Shown here: positions 1 to 9,211 of the stretch, in pieces
How positions within the stretch are numbered: the stretch's first letter is position 1
Layout: each line of letters opens with the position of its first letter
Virus record (IMG/VR): IMGVR_UViG_2548876936_000010
Length of the DNA stretch: 34,655 nucleotides
Direction: 5' to 3' (one strand)
DNA from: a virus
Lineage: Duplodnaviria; Heunggongvirae; Uroviricota; Caudoviricetes
Notes under the pieces: generated by a model
Seen by the model: the letters and a program-made list of their open reading frames with translations, nothing else
What the model was told of the DNA's origin: nothing
The model's database searches: none
Made by a program: the position numbers and the translations under genes

Positions 1-219
1 TTACATCCACATAATTTGCTGCCCTGACGGCAACGGGTGCGGCCTCACGGCGTGGACTTCTCCCGGCTTCACGATGTATCGCTGTACCGACTCATAAGTG
101 ATGAACGTGGCGCTGCAATTCACGTTCTGGCACTGGTGATAACGCTCTTTTGTCGTGTCAGTGATATAGCGGCTTGTACGCGCATGTGCGGCATGCTGGC
201 ATAAAGGACAATGAAACAT
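1..219 (-). CDS. ogr: Ogr-type C4 zinc-finger late-gene transcription activator (72 aa from internal ATG at 219)
   Basis: ORF 1..294 (-); ATG at 219 gives MFHCPLCQH...CQNVNC with two Cys pairs, as in P2 Ogr; lies downstream of D as in P2. Confidence 0.85.
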   Translation of the reverse strand: MFHCPLCQHAAHARTSRYITDTTKERYHQCQNVNCSATFITYESVQRYIVKPGEVHAVRPHPLPSGQQIMWM

Positions 220-300
220 CGCGAGCACCTCTTCCGGTTTTGTTGATAGTGCCATTTTAGTTAATTTATCCTTATAAAACAAACAGATAAACAAAATACA

Positions 301-1464
301 TCACTCATAATCTTCTGTTTCGTACTCCACATCAGAAAGCCTGACCTCAAGCTCTAAGGACGTCGTGAAGCCGCTATTATTCAGAAAATGTGTCACCTTA
401 GTGATTGTCCAGTCCTGCTCGTCTATGACGCGCTTAAAGCCTGACACTCTGACCGGTGTTTCCGTGTAAATATCTGCACGACCGGTAGCCAGGATGATGG
501 AGAACTCCGCAACGCCCCGTTGCAGTTTATCCCACTTCGCCTGAGCGGCACGCATGGCCTGCGCTTTTGTGGCATATACCGTGGTCAGGGCAAAAACGTT
601 GTCAGCTTCACCTGCCATGTATTCACCTTCGCGCGCTTCCGGTGCTTTTGGCGCTTTCTTCTGCGTGACCGGTTTCGCTTTCGGGTGCTCCAGTGCGCGC
701 AGGTGTTTCTCTTTCTTTTTGCGTTTCAGTTTTACCTTCTGCTTTTGCGGCTTCGGGTCTTTGGTGTGTAACCACTTTGCCGTTACGCCGGTGTAAGCTC
801 CACGGTCAGCAATCGCAAAATGATGACGGTCGCCGTCGCTGCGGGTGATGGTAATCTGCGGGATTTTTTTACCGCTGGCCGTCACCCCCTGCCCCGCTTT
901 GAGAAACAGCAGTTTTCCCATTTTTACCGACACCTCACCGCCGTTGCGTTCAGCAAGGCGGGTCAGGAATTTCGCATCAGACTCCTGCGACTGGTCGATG
1001 TGCGGAATTTTAATTCCGGCCAGTGACGGAGCGACACTGGCTTCCAGCCTGTTACGGGAGGCTATCGCCTCAACAATCGCGCCGAGTGTGGTGTCATGCC
1101 AAGAGCCTTCCCGGCGGGAATTAAGCGTCCCGCGGAAATCTGCACTCCGGGCGCGGATGGTAACCACATCCGGCGCGCCCCGGTGTTCAACCTCATCAAC
1201 GGTAAATTTCCCTTTGCATACCAGGGCAAAACCTTTCCAGCCGATATACACCGTCAGGACAGCGCCACGAATCGGTAGCCCGACCAGCCCATCGGCGTCG
1301 TTCAGTTCAATATCAAGCTGGTCAGCCTCAAAGCCCCGGTTATCCGTCAGGGTCATGCTCATCAGACGGTCGCTGATATTGCCGGTAATATCCCTGCTGT
1401 CGAGCATCAGCATGTAATCCGGCGTCAGCGTACTGCCTGCATCAAATGTCAGCGCATCCAGCAT
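301..1464 (-). CDS. D: Late control / tail protein gpD (387 aa)
   Basis: 387-aa ORF with ATG at 1464; position between U and ogr; length equals P2 D (recalled). Confidence 0.85.
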   Translation of the reverse strand: MLDALTFDAGSTLTPDYMLMLDSRDITGNISDRLMSMTLTDNRGFEADQLDIELNDADGLVGLPIRGAVLTVYIGWKGFALVCKGKFTVDEVEHRGAPDVVTIRARSADFRGTLNSRREGSWHDTTLGAIVEAIASRNRLEASVAPSLAGIKIPHIDQSQESDAKFLTRLAERNGGEVSVKMGKLLFLKAGQGVTASGKKIPQITITRSDGDRHHFAIADRGAYTGVTAKWLHTKDPKPQKQKVKLKRKKKEKHLRALEHPKAKPVTQKKAPKAPEAREGEYMAGEADNVFALTTVYATKAQAMRAAQAKWDKLQRGVAEFSIILATGRADIYTETPVRVSGFKRVIDEQDWTITKVTHFLNNSGFTTSLELEVRLSDVEYETEDYE

Positions 1465-1943
1465 TATCCCGCCTCCGTCATACCCGTGAATTTAGTCGCC
1501 ATACTGCCAGCCTTACCGATGAGCGATTCCGCCTGTTTACCGATATCGCCATAAAGCGCGGCCAGTGATTCATCAACGCGGGTGAGCGACAGCGTAAAAT
1601 CAATTTTTCGGGGTGTGCCGTCTGCAAAGAAAATACTCCCTGTTTCACTCACCCTGCTGATGACATACATGCCGTAAATCATGCCGGTGCCATCCAGCAA
1701 CGGCCACGCCCGACCTTCCTCTGCCATCAGCCTGAGCGTGGTCATCGTCAGCTTGCCGCCGGTCAGTTCGGGATAAAGCACACCGGCCAGCGTGATGTTT
1801 TCCTCACCCACACCGAGAAATTGAAAGGCATCCCGTTTGCCGATACGGGAATTTGACGGCCAGCGATAATCTGATTCACGCTGCATGGTCTGGTGTGGCA
1901 GCGTCTGGCGCATAAAAACAAACATACCTAACGCGAGCATCAT
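1464..1943 (-). CDS. U: Tail protein gpU (159 aa)
   Basis: 159-aa ORF between T and D; stop overlaps D start; synteny and length as P2 U. Confidence 0.85.
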   Translation of the reverse strand: MMLALGMFVFMRQTLPHQTMQRESDYRWPSNSRIGKRDAFQFLGVGEENITLAGVLYPELTGGKLTMTTLRLMAEEGRAWPLLDGTGMIYGMYVISRVSETGSIFFADGTPRKIDFTLSLTRVDESLAALYGDIGKQAESLIGKAGSMATKFTGMTEAG

Positions 1944-1957
1944 TTTTCGTCACCTCC

Positions 1958-4405
1958 TTAACCGTCATGCATCATGCTGGCACGGGCGCGCGCACGTTTA
2001 TCCCGCTCGTATTTTTCGAGCGCATCCTGTAACTGGCGGTCAAGCTGTGTCCCCGGCGCAGTACCACCCGTCAGGCTGATGTGATATTCGTTTTTACTCT
2101 GGTCTACATAAGAGCGGCCAGCCGGTGCCGTGACCGGCTGATAAGCCTGATAGCCTGCATAAGAGCTGGTCGCCGGAATATAACCACCGCTGCCATACGT
2201 GGCGGCTTGAGTTCTGGCGGCGGTCTGGTCAAGTGTGTCTGACTCTTTGTTGATAACACCGAGTTTTTCCAGTACCCAGTCAATACCACTGCGCAGTTTG
2301 TTGAACGCATTAAGCGGCAGCATCAGCGCGTCAGCCAGTGCCTGCCCGAACATGACGCCCGTGTCACGGCAACGGTTCAGGGTGTCCTGGGTGGCTTTGA
2401 CCGGGGCAATCAGGTTTTTAAACCACTGCCACGCGGCCTGTAACTTTTCACCCAGCCAGTCAAACACCGGCTTCAGTGGCGTGAACAGTTCCCCCACCGG
2501 CGCAAATGCCGCTTTCAGCCCTTCAACCACACCGCCAAAGAATGCGCTGACAGGCTCCCAGTATTTACGGATAAGCAACGCCCCGGCGACAATGGCGGCC
2601 ACCACGGCCACAACCGGCCAGCTAATCGCCCCGATGGCCGTCATAACAGCACTGCTAACCGTCGTGAAGATTGCCCCCATTGCGCCTGCTGCCGCGATAA
2701 TGGCATTGATGCCGGTGATAACCGGCCAGGCTACAAGACCAATGGTACCGATGATGCCAATAAGCGCCAGCGCGCCACCGACAATGAGGCCGATGGTTGA
2801 CGCCAGTGATTTGTTTTTCTGGATCCAGCCGTCGAGTTTTAACACATACTTTGTGGCCGTCTGAGTGAGCTTACGCAGTGCGCCTTCCTGCTGGTCAAAC
2901 AGGTCAGTCCCCACTGCCTCATAAGCGGACTGAAACTCTTTAAAGTCACCGCCTAGGTTGTCCTGCATGATATTTACCAGCTCGGCGGTCTTCCCGTCTG
3001 AGGCTTTAAACGCAGCGGTCAGTTTGTCCAGCTTTCCGGTTGAGGCGGCAGTCATCAGCACGGCGGCGGCTGAGCTGGCCTCCTCCCCGAAAATAGTTTT
3101 CATGTATTCAGCCTGCTGGGCAGTACCGAGCCGGTTTTTCTCAAAACTGGCCTGCATTTCTTTCAGAATGGTAAATATTGGCCGGGTGTTTCCCTTGCTG
3201 TCTGAGGTTTTCACTCCAAGCTCTTTGAGTGCATCCCATGCTTTTCCCGTCGGTGCCTGCAGGCGGCTTAACACGGCACGGCTTCCCGTCCCCGCCATTG
3301 AGCCTGTGATTTTTGCATCATGCAGCGCCCCGACCATTGCGGCGGTTTCTTCAATGCTGACACCGGCATTTTTTGCCACAGGTGCGGCATAGGTCAGCGC
3401 ATCGCTCATGCCGTCAAAATCGGCGGCGGTTTTGTTCATCGTCATGGAGAGAACATCCCCGATATGAGCGACCTTATCGTTTGAAAGCTGAAAGGCGGAT
3501 TTCATCCCCATCAGCAGGGCGGCGTTTTCTTCCATCGTGCGACGGTTCGCCAGCGCCATATTCAGCGTGACCGGCGTTGCCGCCTGAATGGCATCAACAT
3601 CCCCACCGGCTTTTGCAATGATAATCTGCGCACCGGCTGCATCATCCGCCGAGGCGGCGGTGTTGTCGCCGAGCTGGCGCGCCTGTTTGCGGAGCGCGGC
3701 CATTTCGGCGGAGTCTTTTGCCACGCCGAGCACAGCCTGTAATTCTGAGTTTTTCTGCGCAAACTCATAACCGGGCATCAGCAGCTTAACTCCGGCCATC
3801 GTTCCCGCCGCCGCAATCCCCACACCGGCAGCGCCCACTGAGGCCATATTTCCGGCCAGTTCCTTTCCGGCCTGATAACGCTGTTTGACTGCGTTAAGTT
3901 TTGCCTGTTGCGCACTGACACGCGCCAGCGCGTCACGCTGCCGGTTAAGCTGCGCGGTGGTTTCACTGATACGGTTTTTCAGCCCCTGCTCATCATGTGC
4001 AAGATTGCGGGTATTAATTCCCACAGCAGCCAGTTCCCGCTGCTGGCGTTTAACGGAATCCGTCAGGCGGTTATATTTCGCCTGTAAGTCCTCCGCCGCT
4101 CGCTTTGCGGATTCCAGCACTTTCGCCTGAGCACGGGTCGGACGTTCGGTATTTTTAAACTGTGTGGCAAGGGCTTCGGCTTCCAGCCGTGCCTTCTCAA
4201 GTGCATGACCAGTCACGGCGAGCTGTGCGCTGGTCTTGCGAAATCCCTCAATATGGGATGCGTGACCGTTCAGCTCGCGCAGTGATTTTTGTGTGTCCCG
4301 GATATCCCCCGACAGCGACTTGCTCGCTGTACGGATGGATTTAAACGGGCGGGATGCCTGGTCAACAGCCCTGAGCAATACCTGTAATTTTACATTGTTA
4401 CTCAT
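1958..4405 (-). CDS. T: Tail tape measure protein gpT (815 aa)
   Basis: 815-aa ORF, Ala/Gln-rich helical N-terminal part, long hydrophobic Gly/Ala-rich central segments, between E/E' and U; ATG at 4405. Confidence 0.9.
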   Translation of the reverse strand: MSNNVKLQVLLRAVDQASRPFKSIRTASKSLSGDIRDTQKSLRELNGHASHIEGFRKTSAQLAVTGHALEKARLEAEALATQFKNTERPTRAQAKVLESAKRAAEDLQAKYNRLTDSVKRQQRELAAVGINTRNLAHDEQGLKNRISETTAQLNRQRDALARVSAQQAKLNAVKQRYQAGKELAGNMASVGAAGVGIAAAGTMAGVKLLMPGYEFAQKNSELQAVLGVAKDSAEMAALRKQARQLGDNTAASADDAAGAQIIIAKAGGDVDAIQAATPVTLNMALANRRTMEENAALLMGMKSAFQLSNDKVAHIGDVLSMTMNKTAADFDGMSDALTYAAPVAKNAGVSIEETAAMVGALHDAKITGSMAGTGSRAVLSRLQAPTGKAWDALKELGVKTSDSKGNTRPIFTILKEMQASFEKNRLGTAQQAEYMKTIFGEEASSAAAVLMTAASTGKLDKLTAAFKASDGKTAELVNIMQDNLGGDFKEFQSAYEAVGTDLFDQQEGALRKLTQTATKYVLKLDGWIQKNKSLASTIGLIVGGALALIGIIGTIGLVAWPVITGINAIIAAAGAMGAIFTTVSSAVMTAIGAISWPVVAVVAAIVAGALLIRKYWEPVSAFFGGVVEGLKAAFAPVGELFTPLKPVFDWLGEKLQAAWQWFKNLIAPVKATQDTLNRCRDTGVMFGQALADALMLPLNAFNKLRSGIDWVLEKLGVINKESDTLDQTAARTQAATYGSGGYIPATSSYAGYQAYQPVTAPAGRSYVDQSKNEYHISLTGGTAPGTQLDRQLQDALEKYERDKRARARASMMHDG

Positions 4406-4825
4406 TCGTGTTTCCGCTTCGCCGGAGCGCCTTTTCGCGCCATGTGATGAGTTCGGTCAGGCTCATGGGATACAGTTCTGATGGCGGCCAGTGAAATATC
4501 ACTGCCACATCCGCCATCAGGTCATCGACCGACAGATTTTTCGGAAACGTCACTGCACCGAGTTCGGCGACAAAAAACCGACCACCTTACCGGCCAGCGC
4601 CACAAGGTCAGGCAGTTCCAGCGCGGCGACTTCCTGCTCGGTCAGCATCGGTGCCGTCATGCGCGGCAGCACCTTAATCAGTGCATCGACTTCTGAGTTT
4701 GCGACCGCAGCCAGACTGACACCGCGCAGCGTCCCCGCACTGGGTTTCATCAGAGTGACCTGTTCGATAACCTGCTCACCACGCTTGACCGGATTGTCCA
4801 GGGTAATCACATTTTCTTTGTTCAT
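4398..4825 (-). CDS. E+E': gpE+E' frameshift-extended tail chaperone (predicted 142 aa via -1 slip at TTTTTTG, - strand 4577..4571)
   Basis: Hand translation: codons GGT TTT TTG (G F L) in E frame; after -1 slip the frame stays open for 57 codons to TAA at 4400..4398, overlapping T start; same architecture as P2 E/E'. Confidence 0.7.
4550..4825 (-). CDS. E: Tail assembly chaperone gpE (91 aa)
   Basis: 91-aa ORF directly upstream of T; ends ...VVGFLSPNSVQ; contains slippery TTTTTTG near its 3' end. Confidence 0.85.
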   Translation of the reverse strand: MNKENVITLDNPVKRGEQVIEQVTLMKPSAGTLRGVSLAAVANSEVDALIKVLPRMTAPMLTEQEVAALELPDLVALAGKVVGFLSPNSVQ

Positions 4826-4881
4826 GGTTTTCTCACTTATGAATCGGGGTTAACCGGTCAGCCAGGCTGACCGGATGAAAA

Positions 4882-5400
4882 TCACAGGCCGATATTGCGG
4901 CGGTGTTGCTCCAGCCGGTCGACGCCGTTCACCTTCTCAATCATGTTGATGGTGTCGATTTCGACCAGCTCCTTACCGTCCATCGTCAGCCGGAAATAGG
5001 TGCAGACCACGGAGATTTTCGACTCGGTGTCTTCTCCCTGTTTGCCCTCGCCGGTGTCGATTTCTTTCTGACGTCCACGCATGACCACCTCGACGGCCAC
5101 CGTTTCGCCGGTATCGTCGCGCTGGTAAGAGCCAGCAAAACGAATCGGCACGGCATCCACGCCGGTTGCGGCGTAAAGCTCCCAGATAACCGAATCCGGG
5201 AAGCCCCCGAGCGACCACTCCATTGACAGCGCATCGTCATCAAGGCCGAGGTCTACCGGTGCGCTGCCGTTCATCCCCGCACCGCGATAGTTTTCAAGCT
5301 TACGGGTCAGTTTTGGCAGCGTGACGGACTTTGCAACGCCCTGATAGCTGTAGCCGTTCAGAAAGACGTTCATTAACTTGAGTTTGCGCGGCATTGCCAT
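4882..5400 (-). CDS. FII: Tail tube protein gpFII (172 aa)
   Basis: 172-aa ORF between FI and E; ATG at 5400; synteny and length as P2 FII. Confidence 0.85.
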   Translation of the reverse strand: MAMPRKLKLMNVFLNGYSYQGVAKSVTLPKLTRKLENYRGAGMNGSAPVDLGLDDDALSMEWSLGGFPDSVIWELYAATGVDAVPIRFAGSYQRDDTGETVAVEVVMRGRQKEIDTGEGKQGEDTESKISVVCTYFRLTMDGKELVEIDTINMIEKVNGVDRLEQHRRNIGL

Positions 5401-5412
5401 CGGTCAGGCTCC

Positions 5413-6603
5413 TTAATTGCTGTTAACCGAAGTGACCAGATTTGCCAGGTATTTATCGGTAATACGCTGGCGCAGGGTCAGGTTTTCGAGAGGAGGCACC
5501 GGTGTATAGTCGTAGTCGATATACAGTTTTCCGGCCTTGAGGGTTTCCGCATCGTTGGATTCTTCGCTGAACCAGCAGGTCGCATCCACGATATAGCCGT
5601 TTGTTTTCAGCTCACGGAATTTGGCATTAATGCCGTCAACGATGTCGCGAATCAGCGTTGCGGTGATGGGCTTATCCACAGCCCACATGTGCGCCTCAGC
5701 CATCGTGTCGGCCAGCACCTGCGCGGTGCGGGTGTAGTTTTCAAAGAGGAACAGCGGGTCATCAGAGCAGGTACGGTTACCCCAGAAGCGGAAACCGTCA
5801 CGGCGAATCAGCGTTGTGACGCCTGACTCGTTAAGCAGGTCAGCATCGGTGCCGGACTCCTGCAAATCCCAGAATACGGACGCGCTGATGCCGGTAACAC
5901 CGTTTACCCCGACGTTGGACAGCGTTTTATGCCAGCCCTGCTCCTGGTCGATTTTAGCGCGCAGACCCAGCGCACGGGCGGTGGCATACGCGGTGGCGGT
6001 GGTACTGGTGACCGTATCCCATGCGAGGAAATCCGGCCAGATGACCATCAGCTCACGCTGGCTGAAATTCTGGCGGTAGGCTTTCACCTCGGAAATGGTC
6101 TTACAGCCCCATGCGCTGATATATCCGAAAGCGCGCAGCTTCTGACAGACGGATGCCAGTGCAACAGCCACCTCTTTGGTATCCAGTCCCGGCACACCGA
6201 GAATACGCGGTTTAACACCGGTTACCGACTCCGCCGCCAGCAGGGCTTTTAGTCCGGTGTACTGACCGTTTTCGTCGGTGGTGCCGATGATATTGGAAAC
6301 GGTCTGCGCGAGTTTCGTTTCCTCGTCATCACCGGTGCCGTCTTCCACGCGCACGACAACGGTGACCGGTTTTGACTGGTCAGCGATGGCCTGCAACGAT
6401 GCCGCCAGCGTGCCTTTTTTACCGGCCTTTGCAATTGCGCTTTGCACATTGGTAATCAGCACCGGTTTATTGAGGGGGAAGGTTTCCGCATCCGCATCGC
6501 TGGCCGTGCAGACCATGCCGACAATGGCAGTGGATACGGTGGAAATGACGCGGGTGCCGTCGTTAATCTCCAGCACCTGCACGCCATGATGATAGTCACT
6601 CAT
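5413..6603 (-). CDS. FI: Contractile tail sheath protein gpFI (396 aa)
   Basis: 396-aa ORF, ATG at 6603, first gene of the FI-FII-E-T-U-D block. Confidence 0.9.
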   Translation of the reverse strand: MSDYHHGVQVLEINDGTRVISTVSTAIVGMVCTASDADAETFPLNKPVLITNVQSAIAKAGKKGTLAASLQAIADQSKPVTVVVRVEDGTGDDEETKLAQTVSNIIGTTDENGQYTGLKALLAAESVTGVKPRILGVPGLDTKEVAVALASVCQKLRAFGYISAWGCKTISEVKAYRQNFSQRELMVIWPDFLAWDTVTSTTATAYATARALGLRAKIDQEQGWHKTLSNVGVNGVTGISASVFWDLQESGTDADLLNESGVTTLIRRDGFRFWGNRTCSDDPLFLFENYTRTAQVLADTMAEAHMWAVDKPITATLIRDIVDGINAKFRELKTNGYIVDATCWFSEESNDAETLKAGKLYIDYDYTPVPPLENLTLRQRITDKYLANLVTSVNSN

Positions 6604-6698
6604 CCGTTTAACTCCGTGGTTAATGGGTGCAACTATTTTCTGTTGTGCAGAGCATAAGACGCTATTTGACCTGGCTGGTCAGTGGATGAAACAACAGA

Positions 6699-6727
6699 TA
6701 AAGAAAAGGCGGGCAATTCGCCCGCCT
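6699..6727 (-). terminator. Candidate intrinsic terminator (8-bp GC stem aggcgggc/gcccgcct, 5-nt loop, T-rich tail on - strand)
   Basis: Inverted repeat 6707..6714 / 6720..6727; - strand continues tttctttatc; lies between the cargo island and the FI start. Confidence 0.45.
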
Positions 6728-6786
6728 GTCCTGATTTGTACTCACTCATTTTCCGCCTGACAATTTACATAGCCCAAATGCTATCA

Positions 6787-6802
6787 AATCTGACAGTCTG
6801 CT
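6787..6802. repeat. Left copy of 16-bp perfect inverted repeat aatctgacagtctgct bracketing the FI-G cargo island
   Basis: Exact reverse complement of 9220..9235; a related direct copy at 9092..9116. Confidence 0.8.
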
Positions 6803-6933
6803 TTGAGCGAAAAGTGGACATTAGAGTTACAAAAGCAAGTTTAAATCATCCAAAATATTACAATGTCCTTATCTATCTGATATCGTTATGATAAAAAGCT
6901 CCTGAATATAATCGATAGTAGGTGGTTATTTCC

Positions 6934-7311
6934 ATGAAATCAATTTTAGAGGTTTTTACTCAAGGAAATACTAAAGAAAAACTGGCTGTTATCGCCGATC
7001 TCACAACCATTGCGGGAATATCGATTGCAACTATTATTGCTGGTTTGTTAACCCTAGTTGCAAAAACAGATAAACTAGATGTTGGAAATCTGTTTGGAGT
7101 TGTCATAATATCTCTGCTCGGATTGGCTGGTGTTTGCTGTTTTGTGGCCTTATTTATTTGGGTTATAACCCAAATGTCTAAACCATGGGGAACACCTCGG
7201 GGGGTTCAGCCCTTAGTTAAGTGTGCTATTTCCCTTATCTTTATCTGTATGTTTTTGCTGGCTGTCTTTACATTTTATGAGTTTATTTCTTCGATGAGCA
7301 TACGCTATTGA
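6934..7311 (+). CDS. Small hydrophobic membrane protein (125 aa, about 3-4 predicted TM helices), function unknown
   Basis: ATG at 6934 preceded by aggtgg; long hydrophobic stretches (IAGISIATIIAGLLTLVA, VVIISLLGLAGVCCFVALFIWVI, ISLIFICMFLLAVFTF); AT-rich relative to flanking phage genes. Confidence 0.6.
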   Translation: MKSILEVFTQGNTKEKLAVIADLTTIAGISIATIIAGLLTLVAKTDKLDVGNLFGVVIISLLGLAGVCCFVALFIWVITQMSKPWGTPRGVQPLVKCAISLIFICMFLLAVFTFYEFISSMSIRY

Positions 7312-7333
7312 ATATAAAATCAGCCCCCATAAC

Positions 7334-7918
7334 TTAAAAGAGACCTTCTATATCGACTTCAATGCCCAAATAACGGACTGTGCTTTCCAGTTTCTTATGG
7401 CCCAACAGAAGTTGGATCACCCGGAGACTCTTGGTTTTCTTGTAGATTAAGTAAGGTTTTGTTCTTCTCATGGAATGTGTGCTGTACAGCGAATCTTCGA
7501 GACCAAGCTTTTCTACCCACCCATGAAAAATTCGGTTGTATTGCCGGGTTGATATATGGTGGTTAGTTCCGACCCGAGAGCGGAACAGGAAGCCTTTACT
7601 ATGCCAGTTACCGAGCTTTATCAATGCAGTAACCGCTTCCCTTGTCCCTTTGGTTATCTCAAATTGGACAGGGCTGCCGGTTTTCTGTTGCAACACCGTT
7701 GCTCTGCTTGAGACAGAACTGCCATATGCAGCATCTGATACTTTGAGTTTGACCAAATCACAGCCCCGTAGCTTAGTGTCCAAAGCCATGTTGAACAGAG
7801 CTAGATCGCGTGTTTTACCTTCCAACTCAAGTCTAATCCGGATCCCCCAGATATGAGATATCTGAAGTGGCCTTTTTTGACCGATGGTACGGTCTTTATT
7901 CCACGGTGACGTTTTCAT
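7334..7918 (-). CDS. Small stand-alone tyrosine recombinase (about 194 aa, catalytic domain only)
   Basis: ATG at 7918 preceded by AGGAGA; candidate catalytic residues present: R in KLRGCDL, K in QQKTGSPV, HSMRRT (HxxR), LLGHKKLESTVRYLG (H and Y); no N-terminal arm/core-binding domain. Confidence 0.7.
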   Translation of the reverse strand: MKTSPWNKDRTIGQKRPLQISHIWGIRIRLELEGKTRDLALFNMALDTKLRGCDLVKLKVSDAAYGSSVSSRATVLQQKTGSPVQFEITKGTREAVTALIKLGNWHSKGFLFRSRVGTNHHISTRQYNRIFHGWVEKLGLEDSLYSTHSMRRTKPYLIYKKTKSLRVIQLLLGHKKLESTVRYLGIEVDIEGLF

Positions 7919-8024
7919 ATTCAAATCTCCTGCAATGTGGGAGATTTGAGTATGGTTGTCTCTCAAGAGCGAAAATAAGTCAACTATTACTAGTTGTTGC
8001 GCATGTACGTATTCTGTCAATTAA

Positions 8025-8867
8025 TTATTGACAATCATCAATTCTGGAATGATCAAAATCATCATATCGAATTATAGTCTGGTTGACTGTATCTATTGTT
8101 GGTGTCATTTCTGTTATAATATCCTGATAACCTAAAGAGTTAAATACATTTACTAAGGCCTCACACCGAAGGGCCGTAGCAATTACAAAATTATAAATTG
8201 CCAGCCGTTTATTTTCTTGTTTAACTGCAAGAATGAATTCGATAGCAGTATTTTCATCACTTTGGATTGCATTATATAGAGATACTATATTTACCATATC
8301 ATCAGAGAATGTATGTATTGAATCACAAAGGGGAACGTAATGGGCATGATAGTGTGTTTCCCAGCCAATTAATTCAAAAAGTTTTCTGGTTCCTGGATAT
8401 TCAGGTGTATTTGGCCACAATCTATTAAATAGATCAGTTAGTTCTTTTCCCATGCGAATCCTTTCATTTGCTGCTGGATTAGTCATTCCTTTGGATTTTA
8501 AACACTCCAGCCACCGTTTTCCATTACTATGAACTAATTTCTTACTAGCCTTGAGTAATGCTTGTGCATTTTCGCCATCATCTATTGCTATATAAAATTG
8601 ATTGGCAGCCTGTTCTATTATAACCCTAGCTAATACTTCCGATGCTGAAAAGGCTCCTATATTCAAAGAAGAGATAGCCTGATTACTAAGTTCATTCAGT
8701 ACATTAAAGTACTGTAAGACCATCAATTTTTGTTCCACACCCTTTAGGTTGTCTATTTTATTTTTATGCTCCTCAAATTTTGCATGGATATATTTATTTA
8801 TCGCGGCTATTTTTTTTACATCTTCGTCAAGATCAAACGGGCAACGTCCAAACAATTCTTTTTTCAT
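8025..8867 (-). CDS. Hypothetical protein (280 aa), AT-rich cargo gene, function unknown
   Basis: ATG at 8867 preceded by AGGAGA with 6-nt spacer; ends 4 nt upstream of the recombinase gene; no motif I can recognise. Confidence 0.65.
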   Translation of the reverse strand: MKKELFGRCPFDLDEDVKKIAAINKYIHAKFEEHKNKIDNLKGVEQKLMVLQYFNVLNELSNQAISSLNIGAFSASEVLARVIIEQAANQFYIAIDDGENAQALLKASKKLVHSNGKRWLECLKSKGMTNPAANERIRMGKELTDLFNRLWPNTPEYPGTRKLFELIGWETHYHAHYVPLCDSIHTFSDDMVNIVSLYNAIQSDENTAIEFILAVKQENKRLAIYNFVIATALRCEALVNVFNSLGYQDIITEMTPTIDTVNQTIIRYDDFDHSRIDDCQ

Positions 8868-8905
8868 ATATTTCTCCTGTTGTACAAGCTTCCATAAGTT
8901 GGCAG

Positions 8906-8911
8906 ATTATA
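8906..8911 (-). promoter_or_regulatory. Candidate -10 hexamer TATAAT about 38 nt upstream of the 280-aa gene start
   Basis: - strand reads TATAAT at 8911..8906; no good -35 found, so weakly supported. Confidence 0.25.
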
Positions 8912-9091
8912 CACTGAAGATTACCTATAAATAGCTGTGCGGGATAGCAGATCAGTGCAAGAAGTACAACCAAGTGAATGTGCGTATTCAGATACCTGGC
9001 CTAACGTTCGCGATAGCCGTCCCCTGCACGAAGCCATATATTAGATGTATTAGCTCAGACCTTATCTGACAGGTTGAGTAGGTAGAATCTA

Positions 9092-9116
9092 ATCAAAGCT
9101 GACAGTCTGGTTTGGA
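9092..9116. repeat. Direct-orientation degenerate copy (atcaaaGctgacagtctgGtttgG) of the left repeat
   Basis: About 22 of 25 positions match 6783..6807; a further partial copy atctgacag at 9064..9072. Confidence 0.6.
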
Positions 9117-9211
9117 CTGTGAGTTCAACCGATGGATGCAACACACAGCGATCTACGGACATTACTAGCATAGCTGTGTATTAATCATCGGGAAGCAGGT
9201 CAGTCCGCTCC

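Noticed and set aside
845-1417. Antisense ORFs inside late genes (for example 845..1417 in D, 2235..2864 in T, 11590..12300 in H/I, 21560..22270 in P)
   Set aside because: They lie opposite well-supported, syntenic structural genes in GC-rich DNA where long spurious frames are expected, and have Arg/Ser/Pro-rich composition with no start context.
6787-6802. The 16-bp island repeat as a LexA or CRP operator
   Set aside because: It does not fit CTGT-N8-ACAG or TGTGA-N6-TCACA spacing; no known operator consensus could be matched by eye.
7334-8020. Six-frame ORF of 228 aa read as an N-terminally truncated integrase pseudogene
   Set aside because: The ORF-track start is a non-ATG codon 4 nt after the upstream gene. 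An internal ATG at 7918 with an AGGAGA site gives a complete small catalytic-domain recombinase, so I call it a probably intact 194-aa gene rather than a pseudogene.
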